A DNA stretch of 64,000 bases, from NCBI RefSeq assembly GCF_006345805.1, contig NC_043016.1:31372001-31436000 (forward strand), read 5' to 3'. Of the stretch, positions 37,420-50,840 are shown piece after piece. The DNA is from Octopus sinensis. Lineage: Eukaryota. Each line of letters begins with the position of its first letter. The first letter of the stretch is position 1. Under the pieces are notes generated by a model. That model was not told the origin of the DNA, did no database searches, and saw only the letters and a program-made list of their open reading frames with translations. A program made the translations under genes and the position numbers.

Positions 37420-38931
37420 ATGTATGTACGTACGTGTTTGTATATGTTTGTGTGTCTGTGTTTGTCCCCCCAACATCGCTTGAAAACCGATGCTGGTGTG
37501 TTTAAATCCCCATAACTTAGCGGTTTGGCAAAAGAGACCGATAGAATAAGTACTAGGCTTACAAAGAATAAGTCCTGGGGTCGATTTTCTCAACTAAATG
37601 CAGTGCTCCAGCATGGCCACAGTCAAATGACTGAAACAAGTAAAAGAGTAAAGAGTATATATAAATCTACATTCCATGTTGAGTGAGAACTGCCTAATGA
37701 ACCAAAAAGCAACCCTTGGAGTTTCATTAATGGAATATCTGCTTCCATAAAATTATATATATATATAGGTACAGTATAACTAAGTGGTCAGCATGTTTAC
37801 TTTGTAACCAAGAAGCATCCTGTTTGATCACAGTGCATACCATCTTGGGTAAATGTTATTTTCTATAGCCTTGAATTGACTCATACCTGTGAATGAAATT
37901 GGGTGGATGAAAACTGGCAGAAACGCTACTATGCCGGGTGAAATACTTAGAGGTATTTCGTCTGTCTAAACGTTCTGAGTTCAAATTCCGCTGAGGTCGA
38001 CTTTGCCTTTTATCCTTTCGGGGTCGATAAATTAAGTACCAGTTGCGCACTGAGGTCGATGTAATCGACTAAATCCCTTTGTCTGTCCTTGTGTTATCCC
38101 CTCTATGTTTAGCCCCTTGTGGGCAATAAAGAAATAAGAAACTCTGTAGAAGTATATCATGTAGATTGTACCTGTAATTCAAAGGTAAAGCCTTGTCAAA
38201 TGCAGTATCTTGTAGGTGATTCCGCCTGAGAATTACTTTAATATTGCACTTGTCTGTGGAATGGCCTGGCCACACACGAGTTAAGTCGATAAGCAAATGA
38301 TTCAATTAATCAAACAACTGAATCTTTGTTGAAATTGATAGAGAACCACACACACACACGTGTATTAGAGTGAGCATGTGTGTGTGTTGAAAGTAAACTT
38401 GTGAACATGTAAGACCACTTCCTAAATTCTGTAAGTCCGTGCAAACATTTCAAAAGCCCAGGAAGTTCCTCTGTGAATTTGTGTAGATAAAGAGTTGCGC
38501 AGCACTGAACCCACTTTTTAGCACAATAAAACCAGTGTGTGTGTGTAAAATGAGCAATTTTATTTTGTTATTTTAAATATTGTCCTGTCTTTAACTGTCA
38601 AATAAAAAAAAAAAAATAACCTTAACAGATAGTGTGTTAAACTAAACAATCAAGCATAACTGACTATTTCTAGGTAGGACAATTCATTCAACATTTCCTG
38701 GTTCACCTATTAAATTGGTGCAAACATGTGACGTTATGGAAATGCAAATTGATATAAACATGTGATAGGCGTAGGAGTGGCTGTGTGGTAAGTAGCTTGC
38801 TTACGAACCACATGGTTCCGGGTTCAGTCTCACTGCGTGGCACCTTGGGCAAGTGTCTTCTACTATAGCCATGGGCTGACCAAAGCCTTGTGAGTGGATT
38901 TGGTAGACGGAAACTGAAAAGAAGTCCATCG

Positions 38932-38966
<35 letters not shown>

Positions 38967-40559
38967 GTGTATATGTTTGTGTGTCTGTGTTTGTCACCCC
39001 AACATCGCTTGACATCAATTGGGAAAAAAATGCGGATTTACGGTAAACAAGCATCACCTTCTTGCAGGCAGCATCATTGGTTTCCAATCTTCTGTGAATA
39101 TATGTCCATCCACAGGAAATATTAACTAGTTGGGAAATGGTGATAGTTGCTGACATAAATCTGTCTCAGTTAATTCTTAAGTAAACATTGAAACGCAAGC
39201 ATTAAAATAGTAATAATGTGGGTGAGTGTATATGTGCATGAGTGTGTGTGTGCATACATACATGTGTGTGTGTGTCTGCCAAAAATTATACATTAAAATT
39301 CATAAGTTTGTATACTATCAGGAGGAGAAGAATCTGATAGTTTACAGTTAATAATTTTGTTTTCTTCTTAAATCTTATCTCTGATAAAGTGTCAGTTCTG
39401 GAATGTACTAGACTTATTCTGACATACTAAACTTATCCAAATTCATGAATTTAACCATTTTGGCCTTCATCAAGCAAATTTATGATCGAACCATGATCAT
39501 CCTCATCCCTCCTTGTATATCTGGATCTGCATTAACCGATATATACTTCCTTTTTTTTAAGAATGTAGGCTGTGATGTGAGAAAAATTTGGCTGCTATTT
39601 TTAGTAGGTTGAACAGCCATGTAGATGCTCCCTTGCTATCTCTTTTCTACTCCGTTGTCTTGTATTCTGCTCTTTTCTTAAAATACTCTTGTATTATCTC
39701 CTTTTAGGATTCCATTTTCAATACTTTCCAGTTGACTAAGTTAAAAAAAAAGAAGAAAAATCATTTTACGTTTCATAATTTTATTATTTCTGTTATTAAC
39801 AACTCATATGTTTGCCATTTCACTTTTCTTCGGCTGTTTATATGTTAAGTATACTTTATACTTCATATTTTAAGAATGTTTTACATTTGTATATATGATC
39901 TTTTATTGTAGTGCAATACTTATACTGTTCTTAATTCTTTTATCATTTGCTGGCATCAATAATTGAACTTCATCCATGCTTGCAGTACTGTCTCCACGAG
40001 TATTAATATATTATATCAACCCTAGTACTTTGATATTTATTTTATTCTTCTCTATTTATCAAATGGCTATGTTTATCTTTGGTTATGTTCCTTGTGAGGG
40101 AGGTACCTCCCAGTAGGAAATAAACAACATCACGGGGAATTTGCACCAAAATACACAGAAACAAATACACACTTATTTTCGCCAAACTTCCATGAAGTTT
40201 CTGTCAACCAAAGGTATTAGTCAACCTCCAGCTCTGATGGAAAACATTTGCCAAGTTGTCTGTACAGTAGGAGTGAACCAGGAACCACAGGATCGCAAAG
40301 TGAACCTCCTAACTATACAGCCACTCCATCTCATATTTTAATTTTATGTTATGAGACAATTCTGATGTTGTGTTATTAAAATAACTTTTTTATATTATTA
40401 GTATAGTTACTGTTACTAAGGTCAACAGGCTTCATTCAAGATCTTCTTGTTAATCCCAAACTTTGACAATTTCATAGTTTTGAAGGAATTGTTTCCCATC
40501 TGTTTCATTCAAGACATCTTTATTATTTATTATTATTATTATTATTTTGTTTGACTTTT

Positions 40560-41020
40560 GCTTTACATTTGTACAAGTTGGCTCCAAGTCTCACCTAGAG
40601 ACCTCAAGAGACAACAAGCTGGAAGTTCATGTTGGTGTTATACCTAGGGTGCCATATATTTGGTTTTGTACATAGTGTTATTCTAGAGAATGTTTAAGAA
40701 ACCATAAGAAAATTATGTTTGTTTTAAAACTTGAGATTACATAGAAAGTATTTTGCGTAGGATATGAGCAGTTCCCATGAGTACTATCTTTTGAATTTCT
40801 GCCATTTTAGTGTTTCCTGGTATCTGAGCTAGGTAGTAATCAGCCCCTTTTGCTATCATTCCCAGGGCACGTATGACAACAGGTATTGTTTTAGTCTTCA
40901 GGTTCCACATTTTGCTAATTTCTATTTAAGACCTTTGTATTTGCTCAGTTTTTGGTAGGTCTTGACTGATATGTTTATATCAATTTGGACAGTCATATCA
41001 ATGAGGAGGCATGATTATTA
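40560..41020 (-). mobile_element. RLE-type LINE 3' fragment
   Basis: CLLIDMTVQIDINISVKTYQKLSKYK / KMWNLKTKTIPVVI.ALGMIAKG...IQKIVLMGTAHILRKILSM* (frameshifted), followed by a tail. Confidence 0.8.
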
Positions 41021-43899
41021 TTATTTTGTTCTATTACAGTTAATCCTTTAACTGTTTTTTATATGTATAGGTATATTCTTATTTGTCAGAGGCTCTCTGC
41101 AACATATTAATTAGTACAGTAGACGAAGGTATTTTTTTTTTACAAGTTTAACCTGAAGGAATAGCTTTGATAGTTTACACTTAGACTTTTGGTTTCACCC
41201 TTATAAATTAGTATCCCACCTTCAGTTTCATATGTACCTGTAAAGTAATTTGACTCTGTGACTTGACTTTCAAAGACTTTTTTTGTGTGTAAATATATTT
41301 TTTTCTTTTTTCTTTTCTTTTTACATTTCTCATAGACCATGAATATTAAACAATTATACAAAACTATCATATGTTATACACACACATCACTTCTTTCTAC
41401 TGTACATGTTGCAAAAAAAAAAAGACATAAATTCTATGAATCATTGATCTGTTGTTAATATTAGTTCATTTAAGCCCTTAAGACCAAGCCAAATTACATT
41501 GAAAATATGATATGAAAGTATATATAAGCTGTCAAACATTAAAAAAAAAAATAACAACACCCAAAAAGCATATGCCAGTTCAGCAAAAGGTAACTAACAT
41601 ATTAAAAAAAAATAAAATAAAATTTCCACTGAATTCAAGAACTGTACTTCATCTATTATATAAAAAAAGAAAAAAATCATTATGTATAGATTTGTTTAAA
41701 AAGCAGGCCTTTCTTTTTAAATGATGTAAATAAACTGAAACTCAAATAAAATATGTATTTTTATTGAACTTGTCTTATTTTTTTCTGAAGGTTAGTTGTG
41801 ATGCCCGTACCAGTAGCACATAAAAAGCACCATCCGAACGTGGCCGATGCCAGCGCCACCTTGACTGGCTTCCGTGCTGGTGGCACATAAAAAGCACCAA
41901 CCAATCGTAGCTGTTGCCAGCCTCCCCTGGCACCTGTAAAAAGCGATGGCATGTAAAAAGCACCCTCTACACTCATGGAGTGGTTAGCGTTAGGAAGAGC
42001 ATCCAGCTGTAGAAACACTGCCAAATCAGACTGGAACCTGGTGCAGCCTCCTGGCCTCCCAGACCCCGGTTGAACCGTCCAACCCATGCTAGCATGGAAA
42101 ACAGACATTAAACGATGATAATGATGTTAAAATTAGTTGCAGCCACTGGTAATATTCTTTAACTCAATCTAAGGAGACACACTATATTTTTACAACTTTC
42201 ACTGGACATCTTCATCATTGTTAAACATCTGTGGTCCATGCTGGCATAGGTTGGACAGTTTGACAGGTAACTGTCCGGTTTCCAGTTGTCTGTTGTGGCC
42301 TGGTTTCTATGGCCGAATGCCCTTCATAACGCCAACTACTTTACATAGTGTGCTGGGTTCTTTTTTGCATACCACCAGCACAGGTGCATTTATGCAGAAT
42401 TGGTACTAGTGCATTTTATGTGGCACAGCACCTGTAAAGGACACACCTGTGTTTATGGATGATTGCAATTTTACTTAGTTTCTTCTTAAATAGAACAAAT
42501 CACCACAACTCCTAGTCCCTTGTCATTTTCTCAGTGAAGCCCAGTATTTGAAGATCCTTTTACACCACTTTGTCCCACGTTTTCCTGAGTTCCCTTCTGC
42601 ACATTCCCCCGAAGAAGAAAACTAGTTTGGATTATCAGTCTACTTATCTGAAATGTACTGTGCACCTTTTTGTTTCTTAAATTCTAGAACTCCAGTGCCT
42701 TATCCAGTCAATCATTTCACCCCTGTCTAGCAAAAACTGTAACTTCTCAATGATATAAGCCAGTCATCTTTGTATAACTTTTGGAAATATGACTATTTCC
42801 AAATCATTGCATTTTCTTTCAGTATTCATTCTTAAAATTTTGATATAATAAAGTTGATAAATAAATGAGCTGCCAATGCATGAACATAAATTCTTATCTC
42901 ACTGCAGAAATTTCAACTTTTTTTTCTTTAGTAGATCAATTCCACTAAGCCTTGATCCTTTGTTCTTGGTACTCAATCAAACAATGAATTAAGTATTCAA
43001 AATAGTAAATGTCACATGTCACACATTGATATTGGCCAAATGAATTATGGCTTATGTAATAATTTGACCTGATTTTGTTGGTTATAGCTGCAGCAAAAGC
43101 AGATTCTAGAATAAGGAAGAACTAGAAAAAGTTTAGAGAATTGATACTTCTGCTGGTAACAAAAAATATCTCTATGCAAAAGGCAGATATGTCTAAGAGA
43201 TGTTATGCTACGTAAGATAGCGTGGCATTATGTTTAAGAAATGTTATGTTACATAAAATAAAAACACCCTTTGGCCATGAATAACCATGGGATTGCACCT
43301 GGAAGGTTACCCTCCGAGGCACAAGTTTGGGTTGTTTATGGAAGACCTGCAGTTGCCTATGCATACCCGCTGCCCCTCTCCATACCATTATATACACAGA
43401 GTAATGGGTAAAGACCCCTTTCAGTCATGAATGACCACAGGATTGCACCTAGAAAGTTCACCTCTGAGGCACAAGTCCAGGCAAGGTTGTTTATGGAAGA
43501 CCAGCAGTTGCCTATGCATACCAGCCTCCCTTCTCAATGCCATTATATACACACAGAGTAATGGGTAAAGACCCCCTTCGGTCATGAATGACCATAGGAT
43601 TGTACCTAGAAAGTTCTACCAGCTCGCCACCTTTTAAGATGTTAGAATGTGAATGAAAAGAAGTTTGGTTGTCATTTCTGGCATCTTGAGCAATCATGTA
43701 CAGGATCCATTGTTGGCTCATCAAATCTAAGTCATGAAGTGAATAGCATAGCATTAGAAAGTGGTGGTGTGTTGAGTGGATGGTTAATACCTAACACACA
43801 CATTTCTAACGTTATCTTTCATATATTCTTTTCTTATTTTGAGGGGTGGGTCTCTTATGTTTTGGGGTAGTTGTAGTCTACAGATGTGTGTGGATACAT

Positions 43900-46800
43900 G
43901 TTCTACAGTGAATTTGCTAGATTCTGGCCAGAAATTAGGCACGTAGGGCACCAACAGATATAACCCAGCTGGAAAGTTGATGTTGCAAGAAAACTGGAGA
44001 GGTAGGTGAATTGTACTGCAAGCTGTTTTGGCCTTGTGATACCCATGCCAGTGGCACGTTAAAAGCACCATCCGAATGTGGCCGATGCCAGCGCTGCCTT
44101 CACTGGCTTCCGTGCTGGTGGCACGTGAAAAGAACCAACCGATCATGGCTGTTGCCAGCCTCCCCTGGCACCTGTGCCGGTGGCACATAAAATGTACCAT
44201 CCGAACGTAGCTGATGCCAGCACCGCCCTGACTGGCCGCCGTGTCGGCGGCATGTAAAAAGCACCAACCGATCATGACCGTTGCCAGCCTCCCCTGGCAC
44301 CTATGCCGGTGGCACATAAAATGTACCATCCGAACGTAGCTGATGCCAGCACCGCCCTGACTGGCCGCCGTGTCGGCGGCATGTAAAAAGCACCAACCGA
44401 TCATGGCTGTTGCCAGCCTCCCCTGGCACCTGTGCCGGTGGCACATAAAATGTACCATCCGAACGTAGCTGATGCCAGCACCGCCCTGACTGGCCGCCGT
44501 GTCGGCGGCATGTAAAAAGCACCAACCGATCATGACCGTTGCCAGCCTCCCCTGGCACCTATGCCAGTGGCATGGAAAAAGTGCCCTCTACACTAATTTT
44601 TTTCTTTCTATATGTCACCAAAAACAAGAATCAGTAGTGATGCCATCAGACCCTTCTGTAGGGAGAGAGATGTTATCACGTGTGTTCAGAAGATCAAGGT
44701 GGTGGCCAGGCTGCAAGCCATTGAAAACCCAGCAGGTCTCATGGCTCTGCATTGGCACTGTACCTCATAATGAATGAAGTAGACTAACTGGATGTAAAAA
44801 AAAAACATTGAATGGCACTTAAAGGAAACATTCACAGAAGAGACATACACTGCATCTGCCAAGTTAGGAAAGATGGGTTGGATGGGAGAACAGGTGATAT
44901 ATATGCAGCAGTAATTCGTAGGTTGGCTATGCTCCCTGGAATTATGGGAGAAGGCTTGGGAAAAGCAGAACAGTTGTCATTTGTGAATGGTTTCTCTGAT
45001 GAGATATTGGTGCAGCTGTCAGGCAGCAAGATGTCTATATGCAAACTTATCGTTCAAGCCCATATGTCAACGCAAAACACCAGGCAGAATGCAGTGGCGA
45101 TGGCAGCTACAGAAGCTTAGAGAGTCAGGTGGTGACTGATAAGCAACAATAAAAGCAGAGCCTCTGTGGAGCAGCCATGACCATTTGGAGATCAGTGTTT
45201 TAGGTGCACATGGCAAGGGATTGTGATGAGTTGAAGCCTGAGCCCATTTGCTACTGGTGCAAGCAGACAGGACATATCACTAGAAACTGCAGCCAGTGAT
45301 ATAATCGCAGAGTAGTTACTGCATCTATAACTTCCCTTGCAGGCAAGTAGAGGCATACATATAGTCATTACCTATAGTTGAGGTCTTTGTTGGGGGGAAG
45401 GTGTTCAAAACCCTTATGGACATGGGCTGTACAACGACTTTAGCGACCCCAAAGGTGGCTAAAAAGTGGGATGGGACGAATAGTGTAAGAGCAATTGATG
45501 GCAGAAATATTAGTTGTAGAGGAAGCAGTGAAGTGGAGACGATGGTGTGGGGAACAAAACGAAGGCTGTGAGCAATTGTGATCAATCATGTGGTGGATGG
45601 AGTTGAAGTTGTGATGGGCATGGAGTCACAGTTTAGTGAAGATGAGTTTATGTTTGGTGGTGCTGGACATCATGTGCTAATACATTTGCAACAAGAGAAT
45701 GAGTAAAGCCCCTGAGAGAACTGTATTGCATACACCATTGTAGATAAGGATTTTCAGGCTGTGTTAGATGGTCAGCAGTGGATAGTTGAGTGGTGCTGAA
45801 AAGGGGAGCCCCTGGTTTTGAAGAATAGGGTAAGCAGTTATCAGCATAATCAGAAAGAAGATGCCAGGAGTGAGTTATGAGGGAGGGATGGAAAAGAGTA
45901 TTTTAATCCCTTGGAAGGAGGAAGTAAAGAGTAGAGTGTTGGTGCTAGTGGCAGTGGTGCAGCCAATGAAGAGCAAGGTCAGGCCAGTATTGGACTTTTT
46001 GAGAGCTGTATTGTGTCACATGAGTGGTGAGATTATCGATGTCTGCAAAGAGACATTGCAAGATGGATGATGAGGGCTGGCATGATTGATGACTTGAAGT
46101 TGGCATATAAGAAGCTGCATGTAAGTGAAAAGTTACAAAAAAATCTACTGGTAAGAAATAAAGGCCAGGCATACTGTCTGGCCATGTTGGGTTCCAGGTT
46201 GAATTCAGCACCGAAGATCATGGTCTTCAAGTCTATACTGGCAAAGGTGGGCAAAGTAAAAAAGACCACCAGTTACTATATTGATATCTCGGTAGAAGAG
46301 ATCATGGTGTTGGTGGCAGAGGTCATAGGTCAGCCAAAGAAGTTTAGACTAACCACCAGAGGTGATGGTTTAAGGTGATCAAACTGCAAAGAAACAAGAT
46401 GTTAGGGAGACTGGTAGGTTACTATCCAATTGCAGGTGGCTTTGAGTAGTGTTTAGCTATGTCAAGATATGAGCAGACAAGTTAAGCTGGGGGTGGAAGA
46501 CAAAGCAAGAGAGAGAGAGGATGGTGGCTATGATGCAGGAGTTTCTAGAGAGGGTAGGAGCAGAAAACCTAGTAAGAGGAAGCTGGTGTGTACCCAAATT
46601 AGAGAATGGGACCATATGGTGTGATACTAGCAGCCTAGTGATAGAAGTCATTCTGGAAGGTGGTGTCAAGGTGGAGGATGCTACCTGGCTCAGGCAAACT
46701 AACGATTGCAATCATATTAATGTGGCCAAATTGGATGCAGAGCTGAAGGGAGTGAATCTGGTCCTGAAATGGGGGCTGTGTACTATCAAAATCAAAACTG

Positions 46801-47600
46801 ATTTGGCTACTGTACTTGGATGGATGGGATCAGTAATCACTGATGAGAAGAGGGTACATACAAAAAGAGTGGCTGAGATGTTAATAAAGTGCCACCTAGG
46901 AATTCTGGTAGAGCTAGCTGCCAAATTTGGTTTGAAACTGAGTGTGGTCTTTGTGCCCTAATAAAGAAATAAGGTAGATATCCTAACCAGGGTGAAGAAA
47001 ACCCAGTTGGCAGTGCCATGGGATACAGGGTTGATGTGATGCACTATGAGCAGGGGACATATCTCTTGATGGTCAATTGTGAACCAAGGTAGATGGTGGT
47101 GTGGAGGAAAATTAATATGGGGGCTGCAGATGAAGTTGCACAAATCCTGAACGAGATGTTCCTGGAGTAGATCCTTGAGCATGAATTGCTTATGGACAGT
47201 GAAACTGTATTCCACTTGGAGGTGCTGAAGGAAATGCTCAATAAGTGGAACAGGAACTGCTTCTTCACTGCTTGAGGAAGTATTCTAGTATATGTCACAC
47301 ACAGCAATATTCAGTGAGATCAGGAGGATGTGTGAGAATGAGGTGAACCAGAAGTAAATGGTCAGTGGCATCAATGGCTGAGGAGCCTTATCAGAAGGCA
47401 AGAAGTGAAGGGTGTCGCAGGAGCAGGACCTGCATGAGTCTCTTTTGCTTTGGGTTGGTCATGGTGAATGGATATGTAGACTAAAGGAAATTTGCTGTTA
47501 TGTTCTGGTCAGAGGTTAGGTGAGTAGAGCACCTACAGATATAGCCTGGAAAGTTGATGCTGCAAGAGAACTGGAGGGGGTAGGTGAATTGCACTTTGTT
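43900..47600 (+). mobile_element. degenerate Ty3/Gypsy LTR retrotransposon
   Basis: gag zinc knuckle PICYWCKQTGHITRNC (about 45245), protease TLMDMGC, RT, RNase H (WCDTSS...HINVAKLDA) and an integrase remnant, in PR-RT-RH-IN order. About 120 bp direct repeats at 43905-44015 and 47490-47595. Many stops and frameshifts. Confidence 0.85.
44147..44570. repeat. 129 bp tandem array (258 bp higher-order unit) of SINE-derived units
   Basis: GTTGCCAGCCTCCCCTGGCACC at 44151, 44280, 44409 and 44538, with alternating variants. Confidence 0.9.
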
Positions 47601-49272
47601 CCTCATACTACAAGATAAAAGGCAAAGCAACTTTGCCAGAATTTGAACTCTGAATGTAAAGATAGACTAAATGCTGCTAAGCATTTTGTCCAGTGTGTTA
47701 ATGACTCTGCTAGCTTGCCACCTTATCTTTAATAACACTGGTTTCAAATTTTGGCAGAAGGGCCAAAATTTGGAGGAACTAAGTCAATTGTATCAGTACT
47801 CCACAACCCTTTATTCACAATGGTACACTTTTATTCCTTTAAAAATTCGGTGGCACATCTGAACTAAAAATATAACTAAAAGTATAGGGAAAAAAATTAT
47901 ATTCAGGTTACAGTGGCACACCTAGCATCATCTCATGGCACATCAGTGTGCCATGGCATACCAGTTGCAGGGCACTGGGTTATGGTGACCCCAGTGCTCA
48001 ATTGGTACTTATTTTATCAACTTCCAAAAGGTTGAAAGTCAAAGTCAATGTAAAGACAGACAAAATGCTGCTAAACACTTTATCCAGTGATTCTGCCAGC
48101 TTGCCACCTTATTGTGTTATATTCTTTCCTACACAAGGCCTGAAATTTTTGGGGAGGGAGCCAGTCGATTAGATCAACTCCCATTACACAACTGATACTT
48201 AATTTATCGATCCTGAAAGGATGAACGGCATAGTCGACCTTGGTAGAATTTGAACTCAAACTGTAAAAACAGATAAAATATCACTAAGCATTTCACCTGG
48301 TTTGCTTATGTTTCCTATTTCTTTTATTGCCCACAAGGGCAATAGAGGGGACAAACAAGGACAGACAAACGGATTAAGTTGATTACATCAACCCCAGTGC
48401 ATAACTGGTACTTAATTTATTGACCCCGAAAGGATGAAAAGCAAGTCAACCTCAGCAGAATTTGAACTCAGAACATAATGGCAGACGAAATACTGCTAAG
48501 CATCTCACCCGGCATGCTAACATTTCTGCCAGCTCACCACCTTATCTGGTTATATTGAGAACATTCTAATATATTTATGGTTGGAAACTGATGCAGGCTG
48601 CAACATTGATAAATTGAGATTTATTAGCAAGGTTCCAGACCTACCCTCGGATATTTTAATTCTGACCATCTTGTAGAGCACTTCTGTAATATTGATTTCT
48701 TTCTTTGGTTCAGGCCACAAATTGTAGGGTAGGGATTTAGTTAATTAAATTAACTTCAATATATAAATGGGTTATATATTATAGGAGCAGACATGGCTGC
48801 GTGGTTAGAAACATGCTTCTCAACCACATGGTTCTGGGTTCAATTTCACTGTGTTGCACCTAGGGCAAATGTCTTCTACTATAGTCTCAGACTAACCAAA
48901 GCCTTGTGAGTGAATTTGGTAAATGGAAACTGAAAGAAGCCCTTTGTCTATATGTATACATATATCTATGTGATTACATGTGTCTTTGAGTCTGTGTTTG
49001 TCCCCCACTGCCACTTACTGATGCTGGTGTATTCATGTCCCCATAACTTAGTAGTTCAGCAAAAAGAGACTTATGGAATTAATATCAAGCTTAAAAACAA
49101 AAAAAAAAGTACTGGAGGTTGATACATTCAACAAAAAAAATTCTTCAAGGCAGAACCCCAGCATGGCCACAGTCTAATGACTGAAACAAGTAAAAGATAT
49201 GGGTGATGTAAAGTGGCATAACTGAAACCTATGTAACATACAGTTCTATATTTAAGAGATGAGGGATTATGT

Positions 49273-49652
49273 ACATTATTTACATTTGATGGATATTTGT
49301 CCTCATCTTGTTTGTTAACACGTTTCGGCTGATATACCCTCCAGCCTTCTTCAGGTGTCTTGGGGGAAATTTCAAACCTGAGTTCTCATTCCTAAGGTAT
49401 TTTTCAATGTTATTATTATTATTGTTCAGGTCACTGCTTGGAATTTTGGGGTCAGTAGCTTGCGCTCTTAACCCCAAGATTCCAAGTAGTGACCTCAACA
49501 ATAATAATAATATCGAAAAATACCTTAGGAATGAGAACCCAGATTCAAAATTTCCCCAAGACACCTGATGAAGGCTGGAGGGTATATCAGCTAAAATGTT
49601 GTGTTAACAACAAACAAGATGAGGACAAATATCCGTCAAATGTAAATAATGT
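49273..49652. mobile_element. fold-back element (about 180 bp arms) with a hammerhead-like motif on each arm
   Basis: Left arm (minus) GACAC-CTGAAGA-A-GGCTG[10]CAGCC-GAAAC-GTGTT; right arm GACAC-CTGATGA-A-GGCTG[10]CAGCT-AAAAT-GTT-GTGTT. Confidence 0.8.
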
Positions 49653-50547
49653 CTATGTAATATATCTTTCACTTGTTTCAGTTATTGGACTGCAGCCACC
49701 TTGAAGAATTTCAGTCAAATCGACCCCAGTACTTTTATGTTTTACAAAATCTAGTATTTATTCTATCAGTCACTTTTTTTGTCAGACTGCTAATTTATGG
49801 GGATATAAACAAACCAACACTGGTTGTGAAGAAGTGGTGGTGATAGGGACAAACACACACGTTTAATTTAATTTCTTTTAATTTCCATCTAACAAATCCA
49901 TTCAGATGGTTTTTGTCAGCCTGGGTGCCACATAATGAGATATTCTTTCATTCGACTGTAGCCACGCTGGAGCACCACCTTTAGTTGAACAAATCAACCC
50001 CAGGACTTATTCTTTGTAAGCCTAGTACTTATTCAATCGGTTGCTTTTGCTGAACTGCTAAGTTACAGGAACATAAACACACCAACATTGGTTGTCAAGC
50101 GATGGAGGTGGACAAAGACAGAAATACATAGATATATGTGATGGGCTTCTTTCAGTTTCCATGTACCAAATCCACTCACAAGGCTTTAGTAGAAGACATT
50201 TGTCCAGTGGGACTGAGCCTGGGACCATGTGGTTGGGAAGCAAGCTTCTTACCACACAGCCACACATAATTTTTACTTAAATCTCATGGTGCTACTTTAA
50301 AAGGCAGTCTACTGCAGTATCTGTACTTTATGGTGTGAAATGACCTGATCTGTGTTAGGATTAGGGCTTAAGGTTAGACTGCATGCTGAAGTGTAAATGG
50401 CCAGGTAGATTGAACACTGAAGCAACATCAATCTCTCGCACAACTTCCCCACTGGTAAAAGACATCTGGCATAAAACATGCTAAACTGCATAGTGTACAG
50501 GTGCATGTCTTTATTTTTCAAGTCAAGTGATGATCTTGATGCCATTC

Positions 50548-50840
50548 ATATTCCAGATATCTGTGCAGGTGACACAAAAAAGACACTTGTGCCAGTGACA
50601 CATAAAAGATGTTGTGCCGGTAACACAAAAATGACGCTGATGCCAGGGACATGTAAGACGCTTGTGCTGGGGGACATGAAAAAGACACTTGTGCCGGGGA
50701 CATGTAAAAGATGCTTGTGCCGGTGACACAAAAAAGACACTTGTGCTGGGGACAAAAAAAAAAACATCTGTGCTGGAGACACGACAAAGACACCTATGCT
50801 GGGGACATGAAAAAGACACCTGTGCTGGTGACACAAAAAA
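50548..50840. repeat. degenerate minisatellite, about 26 bp unit
   Basis: About 11 imperfect copies of GTGACACAAAAAAGACACTTGTGCCG. Confidence 0.8.

Noticed and set aside
43655-43730. Minus-strand FDEPTMDPVHDCSRCQK as a candidate SIVA exon 3
   Set aside because: A stop follows the single CxxC and no further cysteines occur.
43784-44533. 249 aa repetitive ORF
   Set aside because: Stays open only because the 129 bp SINE-derived unit is a multiple of three; no domain features.
50548-50840. CRISPR-like periodic array
   Set aside because: Degenerate head-to-tail units without unique spacers, eukaryotic context, and no cas genes.
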